Part shown: one piece after another, positions 1-11,559 of the stretch
How positions within the stretch are numbered: the stretch's first letter is position 1
How the letters are laid out: each line of letters begins with the position of its first letter
Source of the DNA: Lama guanicoe
Taxonomy: Eukaryota
NCBI GenBank assembly: GCA_013239625.1
Contig: MU056000.1
Location: forward strand, 10,055,175 to 10,119,174
Direction: 5' to 3'
Length of the DNA stretch: 64,000 nucleotides
Notes under the pieces: generated by a model
Told to the model about the DNA's origin: nothing
Databases searched by the model: none
Seen by the model: only the letters and a program-made list of their open reading frames with translations
Program-made: the position numbers and the translations under genes

Positions 1-38
1 ATTGAGTTATAGTCATTTTACAATGTTGTGTCAAATTC
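1..38 (-). mobile_element. Very short L1 3'-terminal fragment (cut by window edge)
   Basis: attgagttatagtcattttacaatgttgtgtcaaattc resembles the antisense 3' end of artiodactyl L1 and is similar to the start of the copy at ~107-503. Confidence 0.5.
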
Positions 39-87
39 TTAAACGTATTTTTTTTTTTTGGTAGGGGACACAATTCAACCCAAAACA
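39..87 (-). mobile_element. MLT1 (ERVL-MaLR) LTR terminus
   Basis: Reverse complement reads TGTTTTGGGTTGAATTGTGTCCCC, matching the MLT1 LTR start motif TGTTATGGGTTGAATTGTGTCCCC. Confidence 0.65.
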
Positions 88-106
88 ACCGGTGAGTTAA
101 GATATT

Positions 107-503
107 GTTTTTTTTAAAATTTTTTATTTAAGTGTGGTTGATTTACAATGTTAGTTTCAAGTGTACAGCAAAGTGACTCAGTTATACATATTACATACAC
201 ATATATTTTTTCTTTTCAAATTCTTTTCCATTATATATTATTTTAAGAAATTGAATATAATTCTCTGTGCTGTACAATAGGCCCTTGTTGTTGTTTTTAA
301 TCTATTTTATACATAGTCATGTGTGTCTGTTAATCCCTAACCCCTAATTTATCCCTCCCTCTGCCCTTTCCCCTTTGCTAATCATAGTTTGTTTTCTATG
401 TACATGAGTCTGTTTTTGGTGTGTAAACAGAATTTTTCTTTTTTTAAGATTCCATGTATAAGTGATATATTTGTCTTTGTCTGACTTAATTCACTTAAGA
501 CAT
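107..503 (-). mobile_element. L1 3' end (relatively young, artiodactyl type), 5'-truncated
   Basis: T-rich tail followed by gttgatttacaatgttagtttcaagtgtacagcaaagtgactcagttatacata ... agattccatgtataagtgatat...tttgtctttgtctgactta, the typical antisense L1 3'UTR. Confidence 0.85.
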
Positions 504-2229
504 TATTTACATATGGAAATAAATACAGATGTGTAAGGAGAAGGAAAAATTCTAAAAAATGCATTTCTAAGAAAAAGCCGACAACTTCAAAGACATGGCT
601 GCTTGGGTTCGCCTCCAAGATCCTCAGTGATACAACTTTCACTTGCCTCTTCACTTTCCTCCATCTTCAGGGTTTCTTGGTGGAAAAGTTTGAGTTGATA
701 AAAAACTATACCTGGCCTATCCACCAGGAGCTGGTTCGGCTGCACAAAGCTGAATACTCAATGTACAGCCATGTAACTAAATCGGGGTCTTCTTGTTCTT
801 GTATGTTTCCATGTAACAAGAAGCCCAGAGGGGTGCAGCCCCCCAGCCATCTGTACCATGTGCTTCTGTCCTCATGTTTACCTTCTCACAGTCACACAGC
901 CTCTTCATCCCCAGCATTTCTGTGTTCTGTGTTCTGAAGTGGACAAAGGACAAAGGGCCAAGAGCATGCACCACTGTGTCTGAACTCTTTCTTGTGAGCC
1001 CTGCCCAGTCCTCTCCATTCATTGGCCAGCACCCTGTCACGTGGCCTTCAGAGCTGGGAAATGCAGTGTATTAGCCGGGCATAGGTACTCATAAGAAGGA
1101 GAGGAAGGATATCGAGTAGACAGCTTGCTGTGTCTCCCCCAGCTGGCTCTCTCCTTTTTCATTTGCCCCATGCCTTTGAGACCAGTTTAGCTCTACGCAC
1201 ACAGGAGATAGGCCGATGCTTGTGCACTGATTGCAAGGGATCTCCTCATCTTGCAGGCAAGACATTAAACACAAACGATGCAAATGATACAATGCAGTAT
1301 AGGATGGAATGCCAGAACAACGGGTTCTCCAGAATACAGAGAAGGGAGAGGTCAATTTGAGTTATGCAGCAGCTTCAGGAAAGGGGATGAAATTGGAGCT
1401 GAATTTTCAAAGTGGGGTAGGATCAACAGCAGCTGTCATGAAACCCTTTTAGCTCCCCCTACACATGCTCAGATGGCATAAGGAAAAAAATCCTGTGTAC
1501 AGCCTTTCTCTTATTGTAGTCTGGGGGAGCCTTCCCATATATTCCACCCACAGACACAAGTCTTCTACAGCGTTTCTTGAAAAGGACTCTACCTGAGATA
1601 GAACCATTGGTTGATATCTGGGGCTCCACACTAGAGAGCTCTTTTTGTCCAAACACACACCAGTCATTCCCTCGCCACTCCGATCCCCAGCACCCTCAGC
1701 GGTCATTACTGTGCAGTCAGCATTCCCTCTCAGGCCAGCTCCCAGTGCCCAGAACTTGCCTCCACCCAAGAACCCTCCAGCAGGAGTCAGCCTTTTCCAG
1801 TGCGTGCATCCCAAGTACCATCACTAAGGTACTGCCATTCTTTCCATGGCTACACGACATCCAGTCTTTCCCTCGGCCCCCAGTAGTTTTTATTTTTTTA
1901 AAATTCTGGGCTTTTCTCCACCATTTAGGCAGCAAAGGGGGCTTTGTATTCACTACCAGCAGAATAGGTTACTATGGGAAGGATGCAGAGGGAAAGAAAG
2001 AAGTCAGCACTTGGCTTCTGAATTTCAGGAGACACTTTCAGAACCAATGACACAGAGGAAATACTTGGAGGGAAAGAGTTTTTAAATTTAAAACAGAGTC
2101 TTCCAGGAACACAAAGGTTATGCCAAAAATAAAAGATTTCGAAGAACCTGGAGTGAAGTTTTCTTTCTGCAGAAGAAACAACAATTCTGCAATTTGAGGG
2201 AGAGACAATGGATCATATTAGACCCTGAT

Positions 2230-2730
2230 TTGAGTCTCTGAGGAAGGAAGTCTGTGTCTAGGTAGGCTTGAGGGATCTAGAAGCAGAGAGCACTTGGCCT
2301 CACTCCTGGGGTGGGGAGTGGGGGTGAGAGGACGGGTGGGACTGAGAATCTCAGTGAGTAGCTGAACGTCTTCCTGAGTGCTTGGGAGCAACTCAGGAGG
2401 GGTGCTGACTGCCAGCAGACCTTGAGAGACCCTGAGGTTTGGTGAGGAGGCTGCAACAACAGAAAGCAGCAAGGTCATGGTAATGCCTGCAGTCCAGGCA
2501 GGAGTGTCAGGGAGATGGACAGACAGATATGGGACACACATCTGCACTGGTACCAGCATGAACCCATGATGCCCAAGGACCGGGTGCAATCTCCCATCCC
2601 CACCCCATGCTATATCACCGGTGCTTCTGGGAGCTTGGGTGCAACCCTGGGGAGAAGGCAAGATTGGGAAAGATACTCAGCTGACAAAGAAACCCTGGAC
2701 ATTGTTTCTCCTAAACTAGGATTAAGCCAT
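2230..2730. mobile_element. Possible ancient LTR remnant (MamGypLTR-like)
   Basis: Purine-rich segment ending in ccccaccccatgc...gcaaccctggggagaagg...aaagaaaccctggacatt. The resemblance is weak and from memory only. Confidence 0.25.
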
Positions 2731-2879
2731 GAGGAGGAATGGGAGCTGGAGATAGAAAGTACCCAACAGAAAAACAAGAAAAAGAAACACTGTCAGGACA
2801 CCTGGGCTGATGGCTTGTGAAACTGGAACCTAATGAATTTGTTCTTTTTGAGATTCTGCACATACAATTAAAATATATT

Positions 2880-4190
2880 TTAAAATAAACTTCTACTTTA
2901 GAATAGATTTAGATTTACAGAAAAGTTGTGAAGATAGTACAGAGTTCCCACATATCTCACATCAAATTTCCCCATATTACTCACAATTATTGGTACATAA
3001 TTATGAACTAAAGTCCATATATTTTATTCATATTTTCCAGGGTTTTACCTAATGTCCTTTTTCAGTTCTAGGGTCCTTAAGAATACTACATCACATTTAG
3101 TCATCATGTTTCCTTGGGCCCCTCTTGGCTATGAAAGTTTTTCTGACTTTCCTTATTTTTGTCGACCTTAACAGTTTTGAGAGTATTGGTCAGGTCATTT
3201 GTAGAATGTCCCTCAACCAGGATTTGTCTGATTTTTTTCTTATGATTAGACTGTGTTTTGGGGAGGAAGACCACAGAGGTAAAGTGCCATTTTTATTATA
3301 TCATATCAAGGGTACATGCCAGCCACATGATTTATCACTGCTGTTAACTTTGATCATGTGGCTGAAGTAGTGTTTGTCAGGTTTCTCCCTTGTAACGTTA
3401 CTCTCCCCTCCCCCCTACCATTTTGTACTTAGGAAGGAAGTCACTACTTGCAGCCTATAGCTAAGGAGAAGGGAGTTCTATTCCATTTCATTCAGGGCAA
3501 ATTACATATATAAATGATTTGGAATTCTTCTGCGTGAGAGATTTGTCTCCTCTCTCTCAATTATTTGCTCATTCAATCATTGAATTACATCAGTAGGGAC
3601 TCATGGATATTTATTTCATACCTTGGGTACAATTAAGTATTGCTTTATTTATTTTGCTGCTCAAATTGTTCCAGCTTTAGTCACTGGGAGCTCTTTCAAT
3701 TGGCTCCTGCGCCGCTTTGACAGACCCCCACCATTGTTCTGGTTGTTGATTAACACAAGAAAAATTTTGAGCACTTCCTTACCTTCTGGCACAACAAGAT
3801 GCTCCAGACTCTCTTGTATATTTCCTGCCACAGTCCAGGAGTCAGCCATTTCCCTAGGGAGCCCGGGTTCCTTTTATTGAAGTATGGTGTTAATAACAAG
3901 ATCTTGCTAGTGTAGTGTTATTTCTAAACCCACCCAGCTGACAGAAGAAGGAAATATATGTACATGTACTAAGCTGCGTATACACATATATCTGTAAATC
4001 TTTTTACATATCCATCTGTGTCTATATTAAGCTAAACGTGAGTTCATACTGATGTCTCCAACTCCAATCCCGTCCCGCGTGGATCATTCTAGCCTCCCTC
4101 TCCAACAGTGAAACATTTAGTATCCACCACTCACCATTTGTTTACTTAATTGTTCATTTCCAGTATGCATGTACAGTGGTTTCATTAACC
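2880..4190 (-). mobile_element. Ancient L1M (L1MC/L1MD-type) 3' UTR
   Basis: Motifs tttagaatagatttagatttacagaaaagttg, gtattggtcaggtcatttgtagaatgtccctc, ggggaggaagaccacagaggtaaagtgcc and ggagtcagccatttcc are characteristic of antisense L1MC/MD 3' ends. Confidence 0.85.
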
Positions 4191-4881
4191 AGTTTTTTAA
4201 AATCAATCTTGTCTCTTCTTGTTTACGGCCGTATTGATCCTTTAACCTCTAACACCCGTACCTTCTCCTCGCTTCTCCGGTAGCCACGTCATAGGCGTTT
4301 TCTACCTGAATATTTGTCAAATGCTGGTTTGACACGGCTCTTCTGTAAAGCTGGATGTCACCTACCCCTCATTTCTTTTGGCCTCCCCAGCCACCATCAC
4401 CTTCCCCGTTCTCTAGGTTTTGGTGGAGTAAGGCCGGAGGAGCTGTGAGTCCGGAATCTCATTTTACAGGCTAGGAGGCGTCCTCCAGGTGTTCAGAGGC
4501 TTGCTCCACTCCTTCCGGGGCTGGAGTACGTAAAACCCGTTTTCACGATCTCCCTCTTCATTCAACAACTATTATGGAGCCCCGTCTACGTGCCACTGCC
4601 CACGCTGCGCCAACGAGAAACACACCGGCCCGGTGCCCGAGTCATCCGGCCCCGAGGGCGAGATCAGTAATAAACAGCTCGAGCGCTCGGAGGACCTTCC
4701 GCGCTGCAGGAACGAGCACCCAGTTGGGGGCGCTACGCCGGACCTGGAAAGATCCGCCCCGCCTGGTCAGAGCGTTCCGGCTCCTTCCAAGGGTTGCAAC
4801 TGCTCGGGAGGAAGAGAACGAACAAGGCTGAACGCTCCCGCAGCCACTCGACGCCTCTCTGGGCGCCCGGCAGCTCGGCGC

Positions 4882-4970
4882 GGCCCCGCCCTCCATCGGA
4901 CCCCGCCCACCAAAGGCCCCGCCCACCGCCGAGCCCACGCTCCGGCCCCTAACGATGTTCGCCGGAAATT
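4882..4970 (+). promoter_or_regulatory. Proximal promoter motifs: three GC boxes (Sp/KLF) and an ETS site
   Basis: GGCCCCGCCC 4882-4891, CCCCGCCC 4901-4908, GGCCCCGCCC 4915-4924, CCGGAAAT 4962-4969. No TATA box seen. Confidence 0.65.
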
Positions 4971-5089
4971 CCCGAAGCCCCTCTCTTTTTCCTTCCTCTC
5001 CTTTCCCTGCTCTCCCTTTTCCTTTCACCCGGGTTCCCTCGGCCGTGATTTCCCCCCTCCCCCTCCTTCCTTCCCCATTTGAAATCAAG

Positions 5090-5122
5090 ATGGAGGCTCG
5101 CGGCTGCCGCCGGCGCCCGTGA
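5090..5122 (+). other. Upstream ORF MEARGCRRRP* in the presumed TRIO 5' leader
   Basis: aagATGg (A at -3, G at +4), 10 codons, TGA at 5120-5122. It is only functional if the TSS lies upstream of 5090, which I cannot see. Confidence 0.5.
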
Positions 5123-5278
5123 TCCCGGAGCTCCCGCCGGCCACGGGCCCCCGCCCTCTCGACTGCGTGTCCGGCGCGGCGCGCGCAGCTGCCCGCGCTC
5201 CGGCCGGCGCCGCCGAGGCCGTGGCTCCGCGCCCCCGCCCCGCGGCAGGCTCGCGGCTCCCGGGCGGAGTCCTCGTCT

Positions 5279-5528
5279 ATGTGGGCGCGCTCCTCGGGCC
5301 GAGCCACCGCCGCTGCCGCCGCCCGCCGCCGCCCCGGGGCTCTGGGTCCACGCGCCGGGCGCGGGCAGCTGGGCGTTCGGCTTCGCCAGGCCGGGCGCGG
5401 AGCGGGCGGCGCGCACGGCCCTGCCGCCACGGCCAGCGCTGCGGGCTCGGGCTGCGGGGGTGGCGCCGGCGAGGGGGCCGAGGAGGCGGCCAAGGACCTG
5501 GCCGACATCGCGGCCTTCTTCCGATCCG
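5279..5528 (+). CDS. TRIO: TRIO (triple functional domain Rho GEF) exon 1 coding part; start uncertain, conserved portion 5417-5528
   Basis: 5417-5528 translates GPAATASAAGSGCGGGAGEGAEEAAKDLADIAAFFRS-G, essentially identical to human TRIO residues 16-53 as I recall them. It ends in a phase-1 donor CCG|GTGAGT. The only ATG in the same open frame is 5279. Confidence 0.9.
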
Positions 5529-8500
5529 GTGAGTGCAACCGCGCTGCTGCTCGCGCGCTCTGCCAACCCCGCCGCGGAGGCGCGGTCGGCGGGCCCCAGC
5601 GCGCCCGATGCTCGCCTGCCCGTCGGCCCCGGCGCGCGCTCGCCCAGGCCACTGGCCCACGCCGGGGCTCCCGGATCCACACCGGCGTGTCCTGTTGCCA
5701 GCGCCGCCCGGGGCGCCGCGGCTCGGCCCGGACGCCGCCGGCTCGCCCTTCCCTGCGCCCGCCCCTCGTTCCAGGGTAAAACCTCCCTGTCGCCCGCCCC
5801 GGCGGCTATAGCTCCACGGGCTGGGGCGCCGGCTCTTTGTCTCTTTCGCGGGAGGGCCGAGGCGGCGGCGGCAGGGACGGCGAGGGCGGAGGCCCCTACC
5901 AGGGAGGCCGAGCGCACTGGGGCGGTGGGGCCGGGCCCGGGAAAGCGGGTTCTCATTAGGACCGGTCTCCGTGGCCGATTTGTACCTGGCCCCTCCTCAA
6001 CCCCATAAGCAGCTGGGTTTCTTCCCTCGGTCCTCTAGCCTGTCACCTCCCCAGCCTCGATCTACACTTCTGTGAAACGGGGCAGCCATGGCACCCGCTG
6101 CCCAGGGAGGAGGGGGAGGTGGTGGCAGAAATGAAGCGCGGCCGGACGATGGGCGAGCCATTGTCTCTGGGGGCGGCCCGGGAGGGACATCTGGGAACTT
6201 GGTGGCCCCCGGGGGGCGGCGCGGGGCCGAGCCCTCGCGGGACACTGCCTAAGAGGCAGTGCCAGGTGGCTCGGTGTCTCTCGGGCAAGGAGCGGGTGGC
6301 GGCGGGAGAGACCAGCTTTGCGACCGGCCCGCGGGGAGGAGGCGCGGGAGGCGTGACAGGGCGTCCCTGAGACCCCGGTGGCGGCAGCGCCTCCTCCCTC
6401 CCGGCCCCAGATCCCGCGCAAGCCGGTCCCGCGACCCCGCGTCCCCGTGCCCCGCGTCCCCGCGTCGTGTCCCGTTTGCTCGCGCGTCCGGGCGGCATTG
6501 GCGGCCTCGGGGCCCGGAGCCTGGAACGCATTGCCCAGCGGGCCAGGCGTGGGGCCGGGAGGATGCAGACTCGGCGCTGGAGAGCGGTGGAGGGCGGGCC
6601 AGGTCGGGGCCGGGGTGGGCGGGCGGGCGCAGGGCGCGTGCGGGGTGCTGGCGGCAGCGCCTGGGAGGACCGCGGGGCCGGGGACGTCGGGGGAGCGGCC
6701 TGCGATGGGGCGCGCGCCGGAGGCCGGCGGCTCACGTTTCTTCGTGGCCTCTTTCAAAATCAAGTCTCCAGATTCGGTGAGATCAGTTCTGTAATCCGGG
6801 TCCCAAGGAGCAGTTTGCAGCGGGAGGGCGATGGTCTGAGACAGAAGTTAGCAGTGCCGGTAGATAACCTGGTTTAGCACTGTCTTCCCTCGTTTTCTTG
6901 ATCTTTGCCAGGCGGGGTTATTTGTGAGTCATTTTAACAGATTGTTTGTGGCTGGACGCCGACTCTGCACTGTCAGCTTGGGGTTAATATACTCCCCGGT
7001 GCTCCCTCTCCCCGTGAGGTCCCCGCAGAAAGCAAAGCTCTAGGAAAACATGAACTCCTTCAAATGAAAGCCTTATTTGGTGCAACTTGCCGGGTAGCGC
7101 AGCCCCGTCTTACCTCTTAATAGCAGAACTGGGATGTCTTCCCTTTATGCCCTGAAGCTAAAGTCTAGTCTGTCTTCTCTCGGTCTCTACCACCTGTCAC
7201 AGAATAATAGATTCTGTGTAAATTCAGCTCCTTTCTGCTAGAAGGACGCCTGTGCCCCAGAGATGGAATTTTTGGTGCTCGTGAGACCATACTTTTTTTT
7301 ACATCTTTATTATACATGGTAGAGAAATCATTTCTTTTACCCTTAAGAGCCCCAAACGACATCAGGTTGGGCTGGACACTCACAGAAAACCCTCCTCCAG
7401 TTAGTGTGGCTCTCCCTGGGATTTATCTGGGAAGATAAATACGTTGGTGGCCATGCCTGGGCCTGTGCTTGCTCCCATGCCCTGGCTCCTGTTCATGTTC
7501 AGTTTGGGGCAGAACTAGTCAGTGCTGCTCCCTGGTTTACTCTTTTCTTCCGCCGTCCAAAGTGATTGGGCAAACTGCCCTTTAGTTGTTTGACTTGGAA
7601 ACAGGTACCAGAGCAGATTTTAAGTAGGCAGCAATTGCACTGTTCCATTCCAGGGGTCACCCGGAACATCTTTTAAAAGTGCTTTCCCCTCCTTTGGGCA
7701 ACTCTGAATCTCTGACCTAGATCTTGGCTCCAGCATCTAGGGCAGTGATACCTAGCAGAGGGAGGGTAGAGAGGGACCGTTCAGTTAGATTGCTGGGGGT
7801 GGAATGGGGCTTTCGGACGGACTAAGCACTTAGGACCTGGGAGTGAGGGGGAACCTCACCTGGTAGAATGGCTCAGGCGGGGGTCCTTCCGGACAGTGTT
7901 GATTGAATGTGGATAGCTGAACAGAGAGGTCAAGTCAATCAGTAAAGTCAGACATTCTTTTGTTTCCTAAGATGTAGAAACGCAGAAATAAGATCTGTCC
8001 ATCTAGGGTGGACAGATGAAGGGGTGAACATTTTTCCAGGGTGTTGTGAGCCTGATACTTAAGATTGCCAGTGTGACCTACACAAGGCATTTCTACTGGT
8101 TGCCTTTCATTTCTCCTCCCTGGAACTGTTTGCTAGGCCACCTTGTTTTCTTTCCTCTTTATTCCTTGTCTGTCCTGCATTTAAATTTTATCACAGATTG
8201 AGAACTGGTACCCATAGTTGGATGAAAAAAGGAGAATTTTGCTTCATAGAACTTTTAAATAATTAGAGCAGTTCAGGAGTAGAATGGGCTGCCATGTAAT
8301 TTCTCCATTACTAGAAGCACCTGAGCAGGGGCACTGCCACCTGCCAGGGTTCAGAGCTGGGCGCTGTGGACAGGACTCCTGCATTTGTAGAGGGATCTGG
8401 GGAGATGGCTCAAACGCTGCTACCCTCTCGGATTCTGTGGTTCCCTCTGAGCCCTCAGCACCTAATGGTTATTCCCCACTTGTCCTTTAAAAAGGCATCA

Positions 8501-8564
8501 CAAATGTAAGTGACTCTGTTACAAAATTCTTAAAATTTTTTTTACTTTTTATTATTATTTTTTA

Positions 8565-8680
8565 ATTGTTCAGAAGAGGAATCAGGCTTCTGAGGGGGTT
8601 TGAATGACTTGCCCAGGGTGGAACTCTGGTAGAGGTGGGGTCAGGGCTGGGAAGCATGCCCCTGAGTCTGATACTCTTTC
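8565..8680 (-). mobile_element. MIR fragment
   Basis: cagaagaggaatcaggcttctgagggggtttgaatgacttgcccaggg resembles the MIR core (acagatgaggaaactgaggctcagagaggttaagtgacttgcccaagg). Confidence 0.6.
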
Positions 8681-10243
8681 CCGGATGCCTGTCATGGCCA
8701 AGACTTTGCTTACATTAGTTCTTAATCCCGCTGGGACCAATCACTTTTATTGCCAATCTATTTTGGGGCTCTGTTCTTGTGGCAATAAATCATTCTTTCA
8801 GAGCTCTCTATTTAACCTTGCAAGAGTCTGTGTGTGTGTGTGTGGGGGGTGCTTACATAAATGCATTATTTTTAACCTGCCTGGCATGTTTTAGGCTGGC
8901 ATTAAATGAATGTGCAGAGAATAAAGGTTTGTGGTTATTCTGAAGCATCACGGCCCATCGTGCTGGGTTCCTTTCATTACTAAGTCTTATTCTGGACTCC
9001 TGGCTGCAGCCCTTCTCTTTCCAATGGAATATGTGAAGACAGGCGAGTCTGTGACTTAGTGAGGGAGCAGCGTGCATGTCTTTCTATGTTTTGATATGAT
9101 GATTTCCTCATGGAATATTGACTGAACTTTTCTTCATATTTATGTTTCTAATACCACTGAAGAATCTGGCCTCTGAGCTGGCTGTGCTACTTCTGTGGAT
9201 ATTTAGAAGCCTGGCGGCTTTGGTCCCTGTAAGCACCAATAATAATTGTTGTATTATGAAATGTCCTTGTTACCCTCAATATTTTGAAAAGGGTAGTTGA
9301 AGGAGATATATATACCTTTATGGTGAATGTTGGTTTCCGCTTTTTCAGTGGCTCAGTGAGGCTAAGTTTTAGAGGAAAGCAAAGAGTTAGCTAAAAAGAT
9401 CCTGTAAGTGATTTTGAAGAAACCAAAGAGCAGGAAGACAGTCATTGAAAGAATTTTTCATCGAGCTCTTGTAAACTGACTTATTGACAACGGGATATTG
9501 TATTTTTCCCTTTGCAGTGTAACCATCCAAGAGTCAAATACTTAAATGAAGCCATTTAAACCATTCACCAAGACATAAATGAAGCCGGTGGTTCTGAAGC
9601 ATGTGGTTTAAATATGTTTTTCAAATGTATATTAAAAATATGTGATTAGGATGGCTTTTTTAGAACTTTAAAATGTTATGGTAAGTTTGGGATTTGTTTC
9701 TAAGCGAAAGTCAAAGATGTGTTTGGAGCTGTCATAATCTGATATTTAAGTTTATTTTCTTGACTCTTTTATAGAGAAAATAAAATTTTATCTCATATCC
9801 TTGGCGAAATTCCAGAGAAAAGTCAAATTCTTAATCAATAGCCACACTTTACTGCCTAGTAAAGTCACTTACGTTGATGGGGATGAATTGTGTTTTACTA
9901 TAAAAAGCAGCCCTAACAACCTCCTTCATTCCTCTTTGGTTCTATAATGAATTGGTTTTTATTTCCTTAAGTGCATTGTCTTGACAAAGTTTTAGTAGTT
10001 CTGCTGGCAGAACAACAGCTACTTGGTGGGCAGTGAACAAATGGACCCACTGGATTCCCGTGGAAGGTTGTGGTACCTCTGATCCCCTGCTCAATTCTTC
10101 TGTAAATGTTCAGCTGGGCTCAGAGTTCTCTCTCATCCTCCAGATGCTCCCACCGAGCTGTTCAGTAAGCCTGGGCAAGGGGATAAGCACGCACTGGCAC
10201 TCTCCTCATTGTCCCTTGCGTGTGGGCATTTTGGAGGCTGTTT

Positions 10244-10290
<47 letters not shown>
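10244..10290 (+). repeat. (AAC)15 perfect trinucleotide microsatellite
   Basis: Uninterrupted AAC units read directly from the sequence. Confidence 0.98.
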
Positions 10291-10291
<1 letters not shown>

Positions 10292-11559
10292 TACTGTTAT
10301 TCAGCTGGAGCCATTCTGGGTCTTCCTATCACTGTATCTTTGAACTGAAGGCAAAGGAGTGAACAGGAGAGAGAGGGTGGGAATTGGGCCAAAGCCCTGC
10401 AGGGCACTGGCTGGCTGCCACCCTCCCCTCTCCCTGCTCTCCCCCATCCCTGGGCTCCTGTGCCTACTGTGGAGGCAGAGTCTCCCGGGGCCTCAGCCTC
10501 CTGCTTGCTGCCACAGTGCCCAGCCCCGACCAGACCCCGATTTCACTCCATCTCTGCCATTTCGTAAAGAGGAAGCAGAGGCACCTGGCTAGAACTTCCG
10601 GTGTCGTCTCCCAGCATTGTGATGTCGTTGAGCCTTCTGCGCAGATGCTCTTGTTTATGGGAATCCTTGCTCTCCTGTTTAATGGTTGTCGAGCGAGCGC
10701 ATAAGCCTCACCTCTTCTCATTTGTGAATGGATGCACTCAGTTTGCTTACGGGATAGGTGTTACCTCAATTTCCTCCTTTTTTTTTTGTCCCTTTTCATG
10801 TAAGAAAGCCCCTGGAAACCCAAATTGTGAATCACCTGCTCTCTGGGAAAGACTGTATGTCTAGGGTGAGAGTTGAGTGTGCAGACTTTCCAAGCACGTG
10901 GCGTAGGGGCTTGAGCTGGGGGAAGGGTGCAGCTTCTGGGGTTTCTTCCCAGTGAGACCTCCTGTTGAGTCTGGAATATTTGACCCCATGCCACGTGTGC
11001 TGTGGCACTATGAAACCTCATTTTGGTGACAAATATACTTGCAGTGTAGGTAACTGTTTTGATGAGCCATGTGTCTAGTCTTGTCTGGTTGGGGAGGCGT
11101 GTGGAGTAATCTATGGAGCAGATCTTATATTTTGCAAGTATCACCCTATTTGGGCTCTTTCATAAGTTAAGTACATTTTAGCAGTTACACTAACGGAGGA
11201 AACGTTAATGAAAACGTTAGCAAACACACAACAGATTCCAGGTCTACAGATCCTAGGTCTAGGGTCCTGTGGGTTAGCGGTGTCCACGTGAGTTCATCAG
11301 GCTTGTTTTACAGTCGGTGGCCGTATTGTGGACAGTGATGAATTGCACTGGGTTTCTCTTCAGGAGGGATTTCTGCAAGGTCCTGCCGGCTGCATGGACC
11401 CTCCCCTCTTTTCCTTCAGTCCCAGGAAGGAAGTACTTGGTATACACTGCTCTGGTCCTGTCCTGCTTCTGGGAAGGGCTAGGCCCTTTGCTGCCTGCTG
11501 TTGTTAGCATTGAGATGGGTACGTGCGAGCAGATAGACTGTGGGCCATCCATTCTGCTG

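Larger units (their letters stand above)
4570..6760. promoter_or_regulatory. TRIO: CpG island spanning TRIO promoter, exon 1 and start of intron 1
   Basis: About 2.2 kb of very high GC with dense, undepleted CpG, against CpG-poor flanks. It overlaps the first coding exon. Confidence 0.95.

Noticed and set aside
540..2100. Cluster of short ORFs upstream of the promoter as a possible pseudogene
   Set aside because: I recognise no protein similarity, poly(A) tail or TSD. It cannot be supported without a database search.
5529..5779. Continuation of the TRIO frame past FFRSG (ECNRAAARAL...)
   Set aside because: It lies beyond a consensus GTGAGT donor at the known exon 1 boundary, so it is intronic read-through.
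4574..6877. Many long overlapping ORFs (up to 346 aa) on both strands
   Set aside because: Stop-codon scarcity in a very GC-rich CpG island gives low-complexity Arg/Ala/Gly/Pro translations. Only the frame containing AEEAAKDLADIAAFFRSG matches a known protein.
7993..8017. Small hairpin ATCTGTCCATC-TAG-GGTGGACAGAT (also an 8-bp inverted repeat at 33506-33531)
   Set aside because: Too short for a pre-miRNA, and stems of this size are expected by chance in 64 kb.
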